A DNA stretch of 63,325 nt, counting the filler, from Rhabdomonas costata (Eukaryota): assembly GCA_019059605.1 (NCBI GenBank). It is 46 parts of 46 records of this genome, joined end to end, with 100 filler letters (N's around TTAATTAATTAA, not from the genome) between each part and the next. Parts side by side here need not be neighbours in the genome. Positions count along the whole stretch, not along the records: positions 35,868 to 37,145 come from JAHMHO010020895.1; positions 37,246 to 38,523 come from JAHMHO010020896.1; positions 38,624 to 39,900 come from JAHMHO010020897.1; positions 40,001 to 41,278 come from JAHMHO010020898.1; positions 41,379 to 42,656 come from JAHMHO010020899.1; positions 42,757 to 44,034 come from JAHMHO010020900.1; positions 44,135 to 45,412 come from JAHMHO010020901.1; positions 45,513 to 46,790 come from JAHMHO010020902.1; 38 more parts are not named here. One strand, 5' to 3'. The notes beneath the pieces were generated by a model. It saw only the letters and a program-made list of their open reading frames with translations. It ran no database searches and had not been told where the DNA came from. Within the stretch, counting starts at the first letter, position 1; each line of letters starts with the position of its first letter. Position numbers and translations under genes: made by a program. Below, piece by piece: positions 35,916 to 47,397 of this stretch.

Positions 35916-37033
35916 ACGACGTATTACATGGCTGGGGTGATCCCGTTCGCAATTGCGATGGCCCGAAGCTTGCCCATGGTCACCCTGCAGAACTATGCGG
36001 GGTATGCATTGTGAGCATCCCGGGGAGATGCCGAGGAGGACGGGGGTGGGCTGGTTTGGCGGTGGATATTTCGGTTACCTACGGTTTCTGTCGTCATGAG
36101 TTTTCAGTTCTCATGAAGTCATTAATATTTTCGCACCGCACGAAGTGGATTGTCAGGTTTGAGAGATTCGAAGACATCGAAATTTTCGAAGTTTCGAGAC
36201 AATCAAAAAAAATTTCAGAAAATTTGGGTTGAAGTGGGTGCAAAGCCCCCCCTTGCGTAGATCAGCCCACCGAGGTGTCAGGGATGGTTTCCATTGAACA
36301 CCAGAAAGTGCCACACCCACGCACCAATATGCTCAGGTCCCCCGTGGCAGCCTCGGACGAGTCCGTCACCGCGGCGCTGTCCACGATCGAATTCGACTCC
36401 AACCTAGACGCAGGTGAGTGCTCCCACTTTATCCGCGCATGTTTGTGAAGCTATCGGTTGCTTCCTGACTTAAGCCATGTCGCTGACAGTGTTCCTCCAA
36501 TGGCGAGGTTAGTTTTTGACTCAATGAATTAGAGCGACCTTATTATTGACAGGAAAGGACTTCCGGGCGGCTTTACCATTAGGCATTGGCCGACCCATAG
36601 CGGTCCTTTTACATTATACATATCTTTATCTTTGGCATTGTTTCGAAGCAAGCTCTGAGAATTTTTATGATTAAGAATGTGACCCGTTTTGATAAACTAG
36701 GCAAGTCAGCGACTGTATAACCAGATCAACATATCGAAGTGGCAATGATAGCCCCCATAAACACTACCTGTCTGGGTACTGAGCGTTTGGTCCGGATGCC
36801 AGTGGACACAAAGGTCCACGACAACAAGCTTCTGTGTTCTTACGCGCAATAACACAATCACACGTAAAGCCCACAGAATACATGCGCACACACGTGCAGC
36901 GGTGCTGGACAGCCACGCCACGCAGGCTTACCCGATTGTCCTGCTAAGTCGCTTTTCGATGCCCGTCGCCACGCAAACCACGGTGTCCAACCCTTCGCGC
37001 TGCGCAAAGGCTGCGGCCGTGATAAAGCTTTTG
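35916..37033 (+). CDS. PstS-like (type 2 periplasmic binding protein fold) domain (3 exons, partial)
   Basis: Exons 35916-36001, 36337-36413 and 36900-37033 splice in phase to ...LPMVTLQNYAGSPVAASDESVTAAL...AVLDSHATQAYPIV...CAKAAAVIKLL, matching PstS LxNxAGxxVxPxxESxxAA...AYPI...xxKFF. Confidence 0.7.
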
Positions 37034-37585
37034 GTGTGTGACCTAGGTCCCCACTCCACCGCTCTCACCTCCGCAGCACAGCGGCTGCCAACCAATAGGA
37101 AGGTTGTCCGTCCTCGTCTTTCTCATGTCTCACCCCCCCCAACCCNNNNNNNNNNNNNNNNNNNNNNNNNNNNNNNNNNNNNNNNNNNNTTAATTAATTA
37201 ANNNNNNNNNNNNNNNNNNNNNNNNNNNNNNNNNNNNNNNNNNNNCACGACCTTCACCTCGCAGCCGGGTGATCCTGAGTGGATGCGCCAAGTCTGGAAT
37301 TCTGGCAACAATCCCGGGGACGCCGGCGGAGCTGTTCGAGTCATTCCTACCTATGCGTTGAAGATGAAGCCCTCGGAAACCGCAATCAGGGTCTCAGTGT
37401 GACTTGTAAACCCATACTGCGATTTTTTCCACCGTTGCCGTCAATAGTATACGTTCTTTCCTTAGCCACTGTGTTGGTATAGAGCAACAATCATTCTCAC
37501 AGTTCTTTAGACGCCTTGTTTGGCGGTTTATTTTCTTTCCGTGTGCCGTCTGGTGAGGGGTGTGAGTCCCTTCGCTTTGCGGTAG

Positions 37586-38075
37586 GAGCTTGAGCTGCTG
37601 TCCAAGTGCTTGGAGTGCACGTTCATTGTCAAGGTGCACTGGATCTACAGCGAGGGAGTCTATAGCTTCCTGGCGATGGAGTGGGTTTCCGGGGGCAGCC
37701 TTGCTTCGATCGTAAAGGCTCGTGGCCCCTTGCAGCCAGCTTCCATCCGGCATGCTTTCGATGTTTCTGGAGGGGAGGTTGCCATTCTCTGTGCCATTAT
37801 TGCTGACGTAGTGCTGACATTCGGTTTTTGGGATGGCAGTTTTCATTCACCCCTCAGCCCGTATTAATCTCTGAATTTGTTTTTGCCACGTACCACCAGC
37901 AACTGACTAGCAACGCAGGTATCAATCCCTGTGCGAACTGAAACTCCGGCTACTGTCCCAAATTTCCGACTGATAGACCCATTCTTGTCTCAAACTCACA
38001 GGAAGTATACCGAGCACATCCTCCGAGCCCTTGACTTCTTGCACTGCAAAAATATCTTGCACTCGGACGTAAAAG
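37586..38075 (+). CDS. Ser/Thr protein kinase, STE/MEKK-like, non-RD (2 exons, partial)
   Basis: Exons 37586-37749 (FLAMEWVSGGSL...GPLQPASIR) and 38002-38075 (KYTEHILRALDFLHCKNILHSDVK); joined by a 252-nt GC-AG intron. Confidence 0.9.
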
Positions 38076-38633
38076 GTGGGGCCCGCTGAGCTCCCTCGCA
38101 CCTTCCCTCTTCCCTCTGCCTTTCCCCCACCCCCATCCCCAAGCGGTAGTGTGGGGATGGGCCCAGCACTTTCGGGAGGTTGATATCTTCTGCCGCATCT
38201 TCTGTAACTTGAAAACAAGTACAATTTATGCACCAATGCCTCGAATCAGTCATTGTGAAGAGCGAAAGTCTTTCTTACTCTGTCTTTGTGCCGTTGTTGT
38301 CAAATTGTTTTTTATTGAGGATTCGGCGTGCGGGAGATGTTTCTGAAGTGCGTGATTGTTTTCGTAAATCCATGTGCTGTCCACCGCCACCAACCACCAA
38401 GAAGTACCAGTGAATGTTCTCTGTCCTTTCACTGGCAGTTTGCCTTTATGGGCTTGTGCCGGGTACTGAATTTTTTCTGCTTCTCGTATAAGGTGCCAAT
38501 GTGTTGCTGGATGCACAAAACACNNNNNNNNNNNNNNNNNNNNNNNNNNNNNNNNNNNNNNNNNNNNTTAATTAATTAANNNNNNNNNNNNNNNNNNNNN
38601 NNNNNNNNNNNNNNNNNNNNNNNGTTGGGTGGT

Positions 38634-38656
38634 GTCCCCTGGAGTACTTCGGCTGC

Positions 38657-38687
<31 letters not shown>

Positions 38688-39328
38688 GCCCACTTATGCT
38701 TTTCTAGCCACATCTCACTGTGTGACGGTGGTTATGATGATGGATGGTATGGAGAATGCCATTTTGTGCAGCATTTTCTTCAATCAATTCACAGGCCGGG
38801 TTGCTGGAAGTGGCGTCATCAGCGAAGTCTTTTTAGAGGTATCCCAAAGACCGAGGGTTGGGGCTCTCACCGAATAACAAATAATAAAAATGTGCGGGCA
38901 GGTCCTTTCTGTGGCTGTGGGCAGCATTTCTACAGAGCCTCGAGCGATCGTATCTTGAAGGAGAGAGGCAACACCGAACGCTACTCCGCTCTGTTCCTGT
39001 CTCGCCGCTTCCGTTCAACTCAAACGACTCCCATATTGACACTCATTCCCTGGCTTCAATGCACTGGCCGTGCTCGGCTTCCACTCCGACTTGGAAAATG
39101 GTCGACCCACATTACCCGCTCCTGCCGTCTTTCCCATTGGCTTATGCGCAGCTCCGGTGTGCCGGGTGAGCTCCACCCCCGCGGGGTACGTGACCCGCTG
39201 TGCTGTGCTTCTGCCCGGGGAGCGGTGCCCGGAGGTGAGTTGCAGCCTGGGCTACGCCGCGGTGGCCTCCGCGGAACCCAAGATGGTCTGCAGCCTGCAG
39301 GGGTCGAAGGTGACCTTCTCGGGATGCG
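38634..39328 (+). CDS. Cysteine-rich modular protein (same long module type as 8841-8662)
   Basis: Module tail PLEYFGC ends at a phase-1 donor (38658). Exon 39152-39328 (alternative end 39343) reads PVC...PAGY...C...RCPEVSCSLGY...MVC...VTFSGC, phase 1-1. Confidence 0.62.
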
Positions 39329-40495
39329 GTCTGCCCCGCCCCTGTGTGTGAGGGGGGGGGCGTGCAAAAGGAAATCTGATTACACATGTTAGATTAACAC
39401 CAACTTCGTCCACTCCCATTTTCGTTCTACTTTTTTTTCCATCTACTTTGACTTCCCTGGTCTTTCCCTTGTTTTCTGCACTGAGTGGACTGTACTGGGT
39501 GGGAGCTGGTTGCTTTTGTTGGGCTTCGGCGCAGCTCTTTGCGGATGTGGTCTGCCGGCAGCTGTCCAAGCGGCTCCTGGTGGTCCCCCCCTTCCATACT
39601 CAAGTGTTCCCTGTCACCACACTTGTTCACTACACATTGCCACACTGGTTCACTAAAGCGAAAATACAATCCGCGTTGCCCAGCGCCTCTGCGCAGTCCA
39701 GCATTGCCTATCGCCCACCTTGCTGGATGTATAACTTGGGTAAGTGGAGAGCGGTGGACCGCCCAGGGAACCCTTCTTTTGTCGCTGGCGCTGTCCCCAA
39801 GAATAAGACTGTTTCGAGGTTCCATCTGGGGACAGCGAATTGGGTCCGTTCTATCCCCTTCTGTGTGAGCTCTTTCTTTCTCTTTCTTTCCCACAAAACC
39901 NNNNNNNNNNNNNNNNNNNNNNNNNNNNNNNNNNNNNNNNNNNNTTAATTAATTAANNNNNNNNNNNNNNNNNNNNNNNNNNNNNNNNNNNNNNNNNNNN
40001 GGGTTTGTGGGTTGTCGAGTTTTCGGGAATGGCCTGGGGTGGAAGAGATTGAGTTGAAAGATGCTCGCAGCTGTCAAACAAAACCGTTTGTTTTTCTCCA
40101 AACACGGAAGAAGGGATTTATGTGGTACGTTTGAAAGCACCTAGAATATTGGGCCGCGGAGCGTAGCGTAGACAAACGGACATGTGCTTCCTCTCCTTAC
40201 CCCCTGCAAAAGCTTCTATTAGAATCCCTGGGGGCATGCGCATCGCTACGTATACCTCCTACCTTCCCGTCTTTAAGCCCAAGAAATTGAGGCGGGGGCC
40301 AAAAATACAGTTGACCCGGAGAGAGGGCAGAAACCAATGTTGTGCCTCGCTCTTACTCCGTGCTTCTTTCCTCCTTGTTGGGAAAACCCCCTTAGGTGAC
40401 TGACCAAGGTGGCTCATGTTGTTTTCGCTCCCAACCGAACGCATTGTGGGGGTTGCCATGGCGAGGGTGGCGGAGTTGTTCCCTTGCTTTCTCAG

Positions 40496-40655
40496 GCAAC
40501 AGCAGTGTATCAGCGGTGTGCCCCACGGCCCTCGCGTTCTGCTCCACGGACGAGCGCTTGCCCAGCCATGACCTCCTTGCGGGGCCCCCAAAGCCCTCCG
40601 TCGCCGCCCGGCAGCCGCTGGGGGCGAGGCTGCTCCGCTCGTCTGAAGGACCCAG
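40496..40655 (+). CDS. Putative exon, unknown protein
   Basis: GC-rich segment bounded by TTTCTCAG and GTACGT; frame ambiguous. Confidence 0.33.
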
Positions 40656-41987
40656 GTACGTATCCCCTGTCACTGCTCCGCGTGCGTCTTCCGAGTCCCC
40701 TCCCCCTTTTAAGCCAGTGTAAGGAAGCTCATTGAATTGTTGGTTTAAAAGGAAGCCTATGCGATGGAATGATGGGGTGAGTTGGGTACTCCTCCCCCTG
40801 GCATGGCCCCGTTGGGAGTGGGCTGGTTTTTTGCAAGTACAGTCCGTTGTGGGTTCTGTCGTAAGAGACGTGAGCGGGGCATTTATTGGCTATCATTGGC
40901 TTTTTATCTCTATTCAGAACTTGGCGTGGGTGCCGCCTCGAGTCAATAAAGGGGTTACTCCAATTCAAGTCCTGAGAACAGCAGAAAATGCACATTTGCA
41001 TACGATGTGTTTCACCGTTTTTATGAGCTTCACATGATATATTTAACCGTGTAAAGCATTAGATTAGCCTTAGAGAGTGTTTTATCCATAACTATGAATG
41101 ACAGCACGCGTCATCCCGCCCCTCTTTGCTAGATCCAACATCCGTCACTGTGGAAAAGGGACACGGGGTGCCCACAAGCCCCTCGCATCCTCATGGTTTT
41201 CCTGTATAGAGTCCAGCAAGCTAAGAGCAGCCCTGTACCCCGCCGCGCTGCCCCTCGGCCCCCTCTGTACACCACAAANNNNNNNNNNNNNNNNNNNNNN
41301 NNNNNNNNNNNNNNNNNNNNNNTTAATTAATTAANNNNNNNNNNNNNNNNNNNNNNNNNNNNNNNNNNNNNNNNNNNNTGTGTTGGGGCCGACCTGGCTA
41401 CCCAGGAGAAGGTGGGAGGTGGGGGAACTCTGGCTTGGGAGTTGCTTCGCCCGAGGTGTCCCGCCACTCCCTTGGCAGCAAACCCTAGCTGAAAAAGAAA
41501 TTCTTATATAAGAAAGCTAGGACTGCACTTCTAGAGGTGGAAGCGCAGCGCAGACCTGAAGGCGAGCGGCGCCTTCCCGGAAAGGACTTGGTCATCCTGG
41601 GTGCTGTCACCGTGTCCTTGCGGTCTTATTGTCGAAGCCCAGAAGGTCCTGAGAGCAAATCTTGTCCAAGAAAATGGCATTCAACACCTCCTGGGGCCAA
41701 TTGTCCCCTGGAACTGCCTCCAAAAAGTCTTGTACCCACATTTCTGGGCAAATCTCACGTGATTTTGCCACGAAACTGCCAAATCTGCTGACCATGCCGC
41801 AAAAGGCCTTGACGACTTCATTGTAGCGGTCCATATGGGACGCCCGCCCGAAGCAGGAGGGCCAATTGTCTCGCAGTGTTAGAAAGTTGCCGCAAAGAAC
41901 ACCATCCAATCCAATCGAAATTGATGCAATTAACTGGTCGGGGTGGAGCATATGCCTTAACCCAAAGGGCGCACGTCGCCCTCTTGC

Positions 41988-42428
41988 TCAATCGATGGGT
42001 ACTCTTAATCCTCTGTTGAATTGATCCATGAGAAGGCAGTTGGCCACGGAGGTCGGCGCCTCAACGTACCATTGTCCTTCCAAGTACAGCGGTTGCTTCC
42101 AGTACTGCCGATCTCGCCTCAGTCTTTTCAGCTTTTTATACCACGAAGCATCCGGCCAGTATGGTGCAACCAACAGTACCCTGCTACGGTCAGCGAGGAT
42201 TTTGTCAAGTACCTCGTTCAACAACTACCAAGGAGGATTCGCAAAAAGGATTTGGTCCGGTCCACAGTGGTAGTTGAAGGCGTTGTAGCCCTCGGCCTGC
42301 CGGTCCTCCGGATCAGCTGAATAGTACCTGCTCAATTGGTGATGTTTTCGGCTTGCAAACAGATCCACCTGAGGAACCAGATAAAAGTTCTGGCAGATTG
42401 TCACAAACAGTGTGGGACACAGCATCAC
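41988..42428 (-). mobile_element. Decayed retroelement-associated N6-adenine methyltransferase-like domain (DIRS1-type MT domain)
   Basis: PQVDLFASRKHHQLSRYYS...NAF...LFANPPW*LLNEVLDKI...VLLVAPYWPDASWYKKL matches DLFAS...DAF...YAxPP..LI..VL.KI...LVAP.WP...W; single in-frame TAG at 42227-42225; no introns. Confidence 0.75.
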
Positions 42429-42769
42429 ATTCTCCTCAATTCAAAAGCTGGGATGCGGTTCCCATGCAATCTTCATGAGAGTGGAACGGTCCTGCTGAGT
42501 CAGATCGCGCTCCCCCACTGGAAGTGGACTAAACCGCTGTGCAAGCGGCGCACAGTCGCTGGATAGTACCAATCCCATGCATTGCTCCCCCACTGGAAGT
42601 GGATCAGCCTACTACGATGGGTAGGGTGGGAGCTGAAGCACAATTACCTCCCGATCNNNNNNNNNNNNNNNNNNNNNNNNNNNNNNNNNNNNNNNNNNNN
42701 TTAATTAATTAANNNNNNNNNNNNNNNNNNNNNNNNNNNNNNNNNNNNNNNNNNNNGTGTTGGGTGTGC

Positions 42770-43406
42770 TTGGTTGGGGGGTGATTTGCGACGTGGTCCT
42801 GGGCCACCTGGAGGACACTTCCTTGTGCTGGGTCCCCTTCCTCATCGTCGCTGTGTGCATTCAGGTCGGCATGTGTGCGTCCCTTGTTTTCACTATTCTA
42901 CAGCCGCAATCGGCTCGGGCGCTGCTCCGATTATCGCGGATTTAGGTGGGGGATATGTGGGTCATCGTGGGTGATACTCTCTGACGTTTGCGATCCATAT
43001 CCAACCTGTCGGTTTGCCGGCCCTTTCCGTGCAGGCCTCTCCTCTTTTCCTGTGTCATTCGTGTGTCTTGGTTGTTGCCCTTGCTCTTCTTTTTTTTGCG
43101 TGGCGTTCTTCAGGTATTTTTGGCAAATTGAATGATTGAGCTGAAGCAACCGCCCAGGGCCTGCCACGAGTTCCGGTCCCGCATGAAAGGAGACAATGCT
43201 TGTGCGTTTTTGTTCGAAGAAGGGGTTGTGCCATGAGTGGACTTCTCTGTGTGTGTGTGGGGGGGGGTATTCCATTGCTCAGGAGCCACGCCTATGCGAG
43301 GACGCCCTGCGGCCGTTCATCTGCCACGCCTGGGACGATTCCCGGTCGGTTTGGCACAGAAGAGTGGCCATGCAGTACGTTGCGGGGCTGCTGGCCTGCC
43401 TGCCGA
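42770..43406 (+). CDS. Candidate RRN3/TIF-IA RNA polymerase I initiation factor (2 exons, partial)
   Basis: An exon ending 42864 and exon 43283-43406 give DTSLCWVPFLIVAVCIQEPRLCEDALRPFICHAWDDSRSVWHRRVAMQYVAGLLACL, aligning without gaps to recalled RRN3 THASCHVQFFMFYLCS...QDPSNPAIIRQAAGNYIGSFLARA. Confidence 0.48.
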
Positions 43407-44540
43407 GTGGGCCCAAGGAAAACTCACACGTATCTGTATTTGTATACCTTGTGTCTGAGGAATATTTTTTGTATCCGAGGCGAGGAATGGGTGGGAAAAA
43501 ATTGCTTCTATGTTGAATGTTTCTGTTGGCGGTGATAAGTCTTCGTAAAAGAGACTGACCCTGAATGGATGACGGGAACTGGGTTCTCTCAAGCTAGTAT
43601 GCTGGGTCGGTTGCCTGTGGCCTTTCAATTGGCTGGCTGGCTTCTTGGTCATCATACCCTGCCTTAGGAATTCCGTTTAGGTGGGGCTTACGACCATTTT
43701 AAAACGCTGCCCCCTTTTTTTGTGGCTTATGACTCCCAGGGGGCTGACCCGGGAAAGGGGGATTGATTCCCGTTTCGCCAAAGCCAAAGCGGATTCTTCT
43801 ACCAAGACTAATACTCACAAGAAATATCGATTGCTCTCTAATTTTTCGGAAAATATTATAAAATATTTTTTCGAATATTTTCATTATTTTTAATATTCAA
43901 TATAAATCAATTTGGCGTACCTAAACTTGACCTGTACACAGCAGAAGGCTGAACAAGACTTTGGTGCAGCCAGCACTCCATATTTGACAAAAATAGCTAT
44001 CAACTTCTCATCATCAGAACACAAAGTTTCCAAANNNNNNNNNNNNNNNNNNNNNNNNNNNNNNNNNNNNNNNNNNNNTTAATTAATTAANNNNNNNNNN
44101 NNNNNNNNNNNNNNNNNNNNNNNNNNNNNNNNNNTGTTGGGTTTGTGTCAACAGCGACATATTTTTTTTTGTAATAGTTTTCGCTTGCCTCCACCCTTCT
44201 CAGCTGAAAAGATGTTGACTATCAACCCGCGCAAACTTTTGGATTGCCTTTTCCATCGCATCATTTTTCACTTTTTTGTTCACTTTTTTACACTGCAATT
44301 TCGCATCTTATCTGAAGGGAACTTATCTTATCTGAAGGGAATCTGAAGGGAATTTTTTGTTGTCCGGGATGTGGCTCGCCTTGATGCATTTTTGATGACT
44401 TCTGATTCAATTCGGTGTTACTAGCTTTACGGTAGGACAAGAACTTTTCACCGCGTAACCAAGTTTACCTGCCAGCGTGGTTGTAGTGACAGGAGTCGCT
44501 CTCCCAGCATTTTCACCCACTTTTTTCCACATTTTTTCAG

Positions 44541-44645
44541 GCACCACCACCTGCGGTACCTTTGACTGCCCCATGGGCTACTCCTTCAAAGGCGGAAACA
44601 CTGTGTGCTCTTCAAGCTCATGTGCTGTCTCCGACTGCTGCTCCT
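44541..44645 (+). CDS. Cysteine-rich module exon (same short module type as 9389-9285)
   Basis: 105-nt phase 1-1 exon TTTCGTFDCPMGYSFKGGNTVCSSSSCAVSDCCS. Confidence 0.72.
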
Positions 44646-47138
44646 GTATGGAATTTAGAAAAAGAGAACCCCCCCCCACACACACACACCTCCTGGTGGT
44701 GGTTGTGGGGGCTGGTGCTGTGGGTGGTATTGCTGCCGTGGTGGTGGTTTTTTGTCCAGCTGTTTCTTATGTTTGGAGAATCACCTCTCATTTAGCTCCT
44801 AGTCTCCTAGTTGGCCCGATCCGTCTCCTTCAGGCGTCCTTCGACGCGGTTGATTCAACGGTACTTTTTTGCGGTCTCAGAAATGAGGGAGTTCGTTCTT
44901 GTCTCAGAGGAGGCAGGCCCTCCTTGTTCCATTTTTCTTTACAACAGAATCCGGATTTGAGCCAGTATTACCTCTTCTAGGGCGTGGGTCAAGCATATTT
45001 TTGGTGTCAATCCGCTTTTGTCTTTCATTTTCCTTCAAAGAACGTCAAAGTATCTTGTCTCAAAGTCACAAGCTCAAGGGTGTCGTCTGAGCATAGTTGC
45101 GGGCGAAGTAATTGCCAAAACCCCAATACTATACCATTGTTCGAGGGAATATTAAAGCCCGCTGAGGCGTTGCAGGTGGCGCAAGATCAGTCAATCAGAA
45201 TGTTGCTGGAGTTCGCTCAGGACGGGGCAGGTATGACTCGTTCGGAATTCTAGCTTCTATTTCACCAACTGTCTTTTACTTCCGCCCCAGTGTTGGGCAT
45301 CTGGGAGGGAGCGAGCAGAGAGGATTTCGCATTTTCCTTTAAGCCTGGGACCCGCGGGGCTGGTGGGGGCCTGTTGTCCTGAGCCGGCACCCCTATAGGA
45401 CCCCCACCCCACNNNNNNNNNNNNNNNNNNNNNNNNNNNNNNNNNNNNNNNNNNNNTTAATTAATTAANNNNNNNNNNNNNNNNNNNNNNNNNNNNNNNN
45501 NNNNNNNNNNNNCGGGTTTTGTTGCGGAGGTTGTGTAATTGCTGATTTTGATTTGCCTTATATCCAATCACGACGAAGCCGTCACAATAACGAGCCATCC
45601 ATTCCAGAGCGCCGCTTCCGACTGATGCTATCGCAAATGGATATAAGGCAAATCAAAATCAGCAATTACACAACCTCCGCAACAATACAAGTTAGAACAC
45701 GAACGGGAACTGAAGCGGTGCACTAAGGACGGTAATCAGAATTCAGAAAGCAGAAGCGAAGCCATTCCAAGAAGCACTGGTGACTTTCCAGACCCGGAGA
45801 TGAAATAGCTCCACATGAAGGCTCAAAAGCAGCAGTGTGAGAGAGGCATGAGTTTATTGGAAATTTCGGTGCTGCAAAGAAGTGGGCGAGGTAGAAAAGG
45901 TTCACTCCTCAACGGCAGAGTTCGGAAGGACCGCAACGTTGCTGTCCGTGGACCGACCCCAGTCATCAGAGCTAAACGCGAAGAGCCGAAGTGGGCTCAC
46001 TAGCTTGAACTCCAGCGTATGCACCTGCAAGCACGAAGGCATCCGGAAGCTGCCAATGCACACACCGATTCCAGTCCTCCCGTGATACCGCGAAATTTCC
46101 ACAAAAAGGCTCTTTCACAAAGATGAAGCAGTGCTAAGCACATCGGACACCATTTTGCAGGGTGACAGATTCTAGATTCTGAAATCAACACGCTGACTGC
46201 TGAAAGGGGAGGCCAAATGAAAGCATGTGGAATGTGTAAAAAGAAAGGGCACACGTATAAATGTTAACGTATAAGTGCATATGGCCGAATCGCCTGGGCG
46301 AAGTAGGAAGTGGGATAGAGGAAAGCAAAAAGCACCGTCTCGAAGGCTCGAAAGCAGCAGCAGGGCTGCCGCAGAGGAGGCTGGCGAGGGGGAAGGGCAA
46401 CAAAGCCGGGCCGGCAGCCTCTCGAGGCCATCCCGTGACACCCCACAGGACAACCCTGAGCGCATACGAATGCACTCGATGCAGGATATGATGTCACTTC
46501 CCGCCGCACGACAGGATCGTATAATTCAGAATGGCATCATCGGGACACACTGTCCAGAAGCGAAAAAAAAAGGGGGGGGGGGCGAAAACTGGCGAAACTG
46601 TCGTGAACCCGTGCCGCTGCAACATTAATGCCCAATGCCAACCTGGCGAACGTCCATCTCATTTTCTTTTGGCAAGCCCGCATGTTTACGGTGGAGCTTT
46701 GACTCTACTTTGATTCAGTGCGAACACCGGATCCTAGCTGCCCACACCATCACACCATTTCCCCCGTTCACCATTCTCATACCAACACAANNNNNNNNNN
46801 NNNNNNNNNNNNNNNNNNNNNNNNNNNNNNNNNNTTAATTAATTAANNNNNNNNNNNNNNNNNNNNNNNNNNNNNNNNNNNNNNNNNNNNTTCCGAAGGA
46901 AACTGAAGTTTTCGTCTTATTTGCAGCACATTGTTTTGTTTTTGCCCTGCTTTTGGACCTGTGTGGAGCTGCTCCACGCTCCCGTTGTCTCCACCACTCC
47001 ACCACGACAAGGGAAAATCCCACCCAAATTGTACTTTAAGCTCGAAATTGTAATATTTAATGCTTATCGAGTGAAAATTCTCGGTTTTGAGGTGCCGCGG
47101 GGAGAGGGCGCATCTTCTCTCCTTTCCCGACTGTTCAG

Positions 47139-47397
47139 CCTGCTCTCCAACTCCATCAAGTTCACCACCAGTGGATCAGTCAGCCTCAGTGTTGGCTTGC
47201 GTCTATGCCAGGACCTCTCCGGGCCCACCGTGCCCTCCCAGCCCCCCGCTGAGGCTGCTCAGATCACGCTGGAAGTAACCGACACCGGGCTGGGTCTGAG
47301 TCCGGAGCAGGCAGACATCCTCTTCCGGCCCTTCGCGCAAGCCTCTGCGTCAACCTATGCTCTCTACGGGGGCTCTGGGCTGGGTCTCGTGATTACT
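47139..47397 (+). CDS. Sensor histidine kinase, HATPase_c domain exon
   Basis: N box LLSNSIKFT, G1 VTDTGLGL, F box LFRPFAQA and G2 YGGSGLGLVIT on one AG/GT-bounded exon. Confidence 0.93.
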
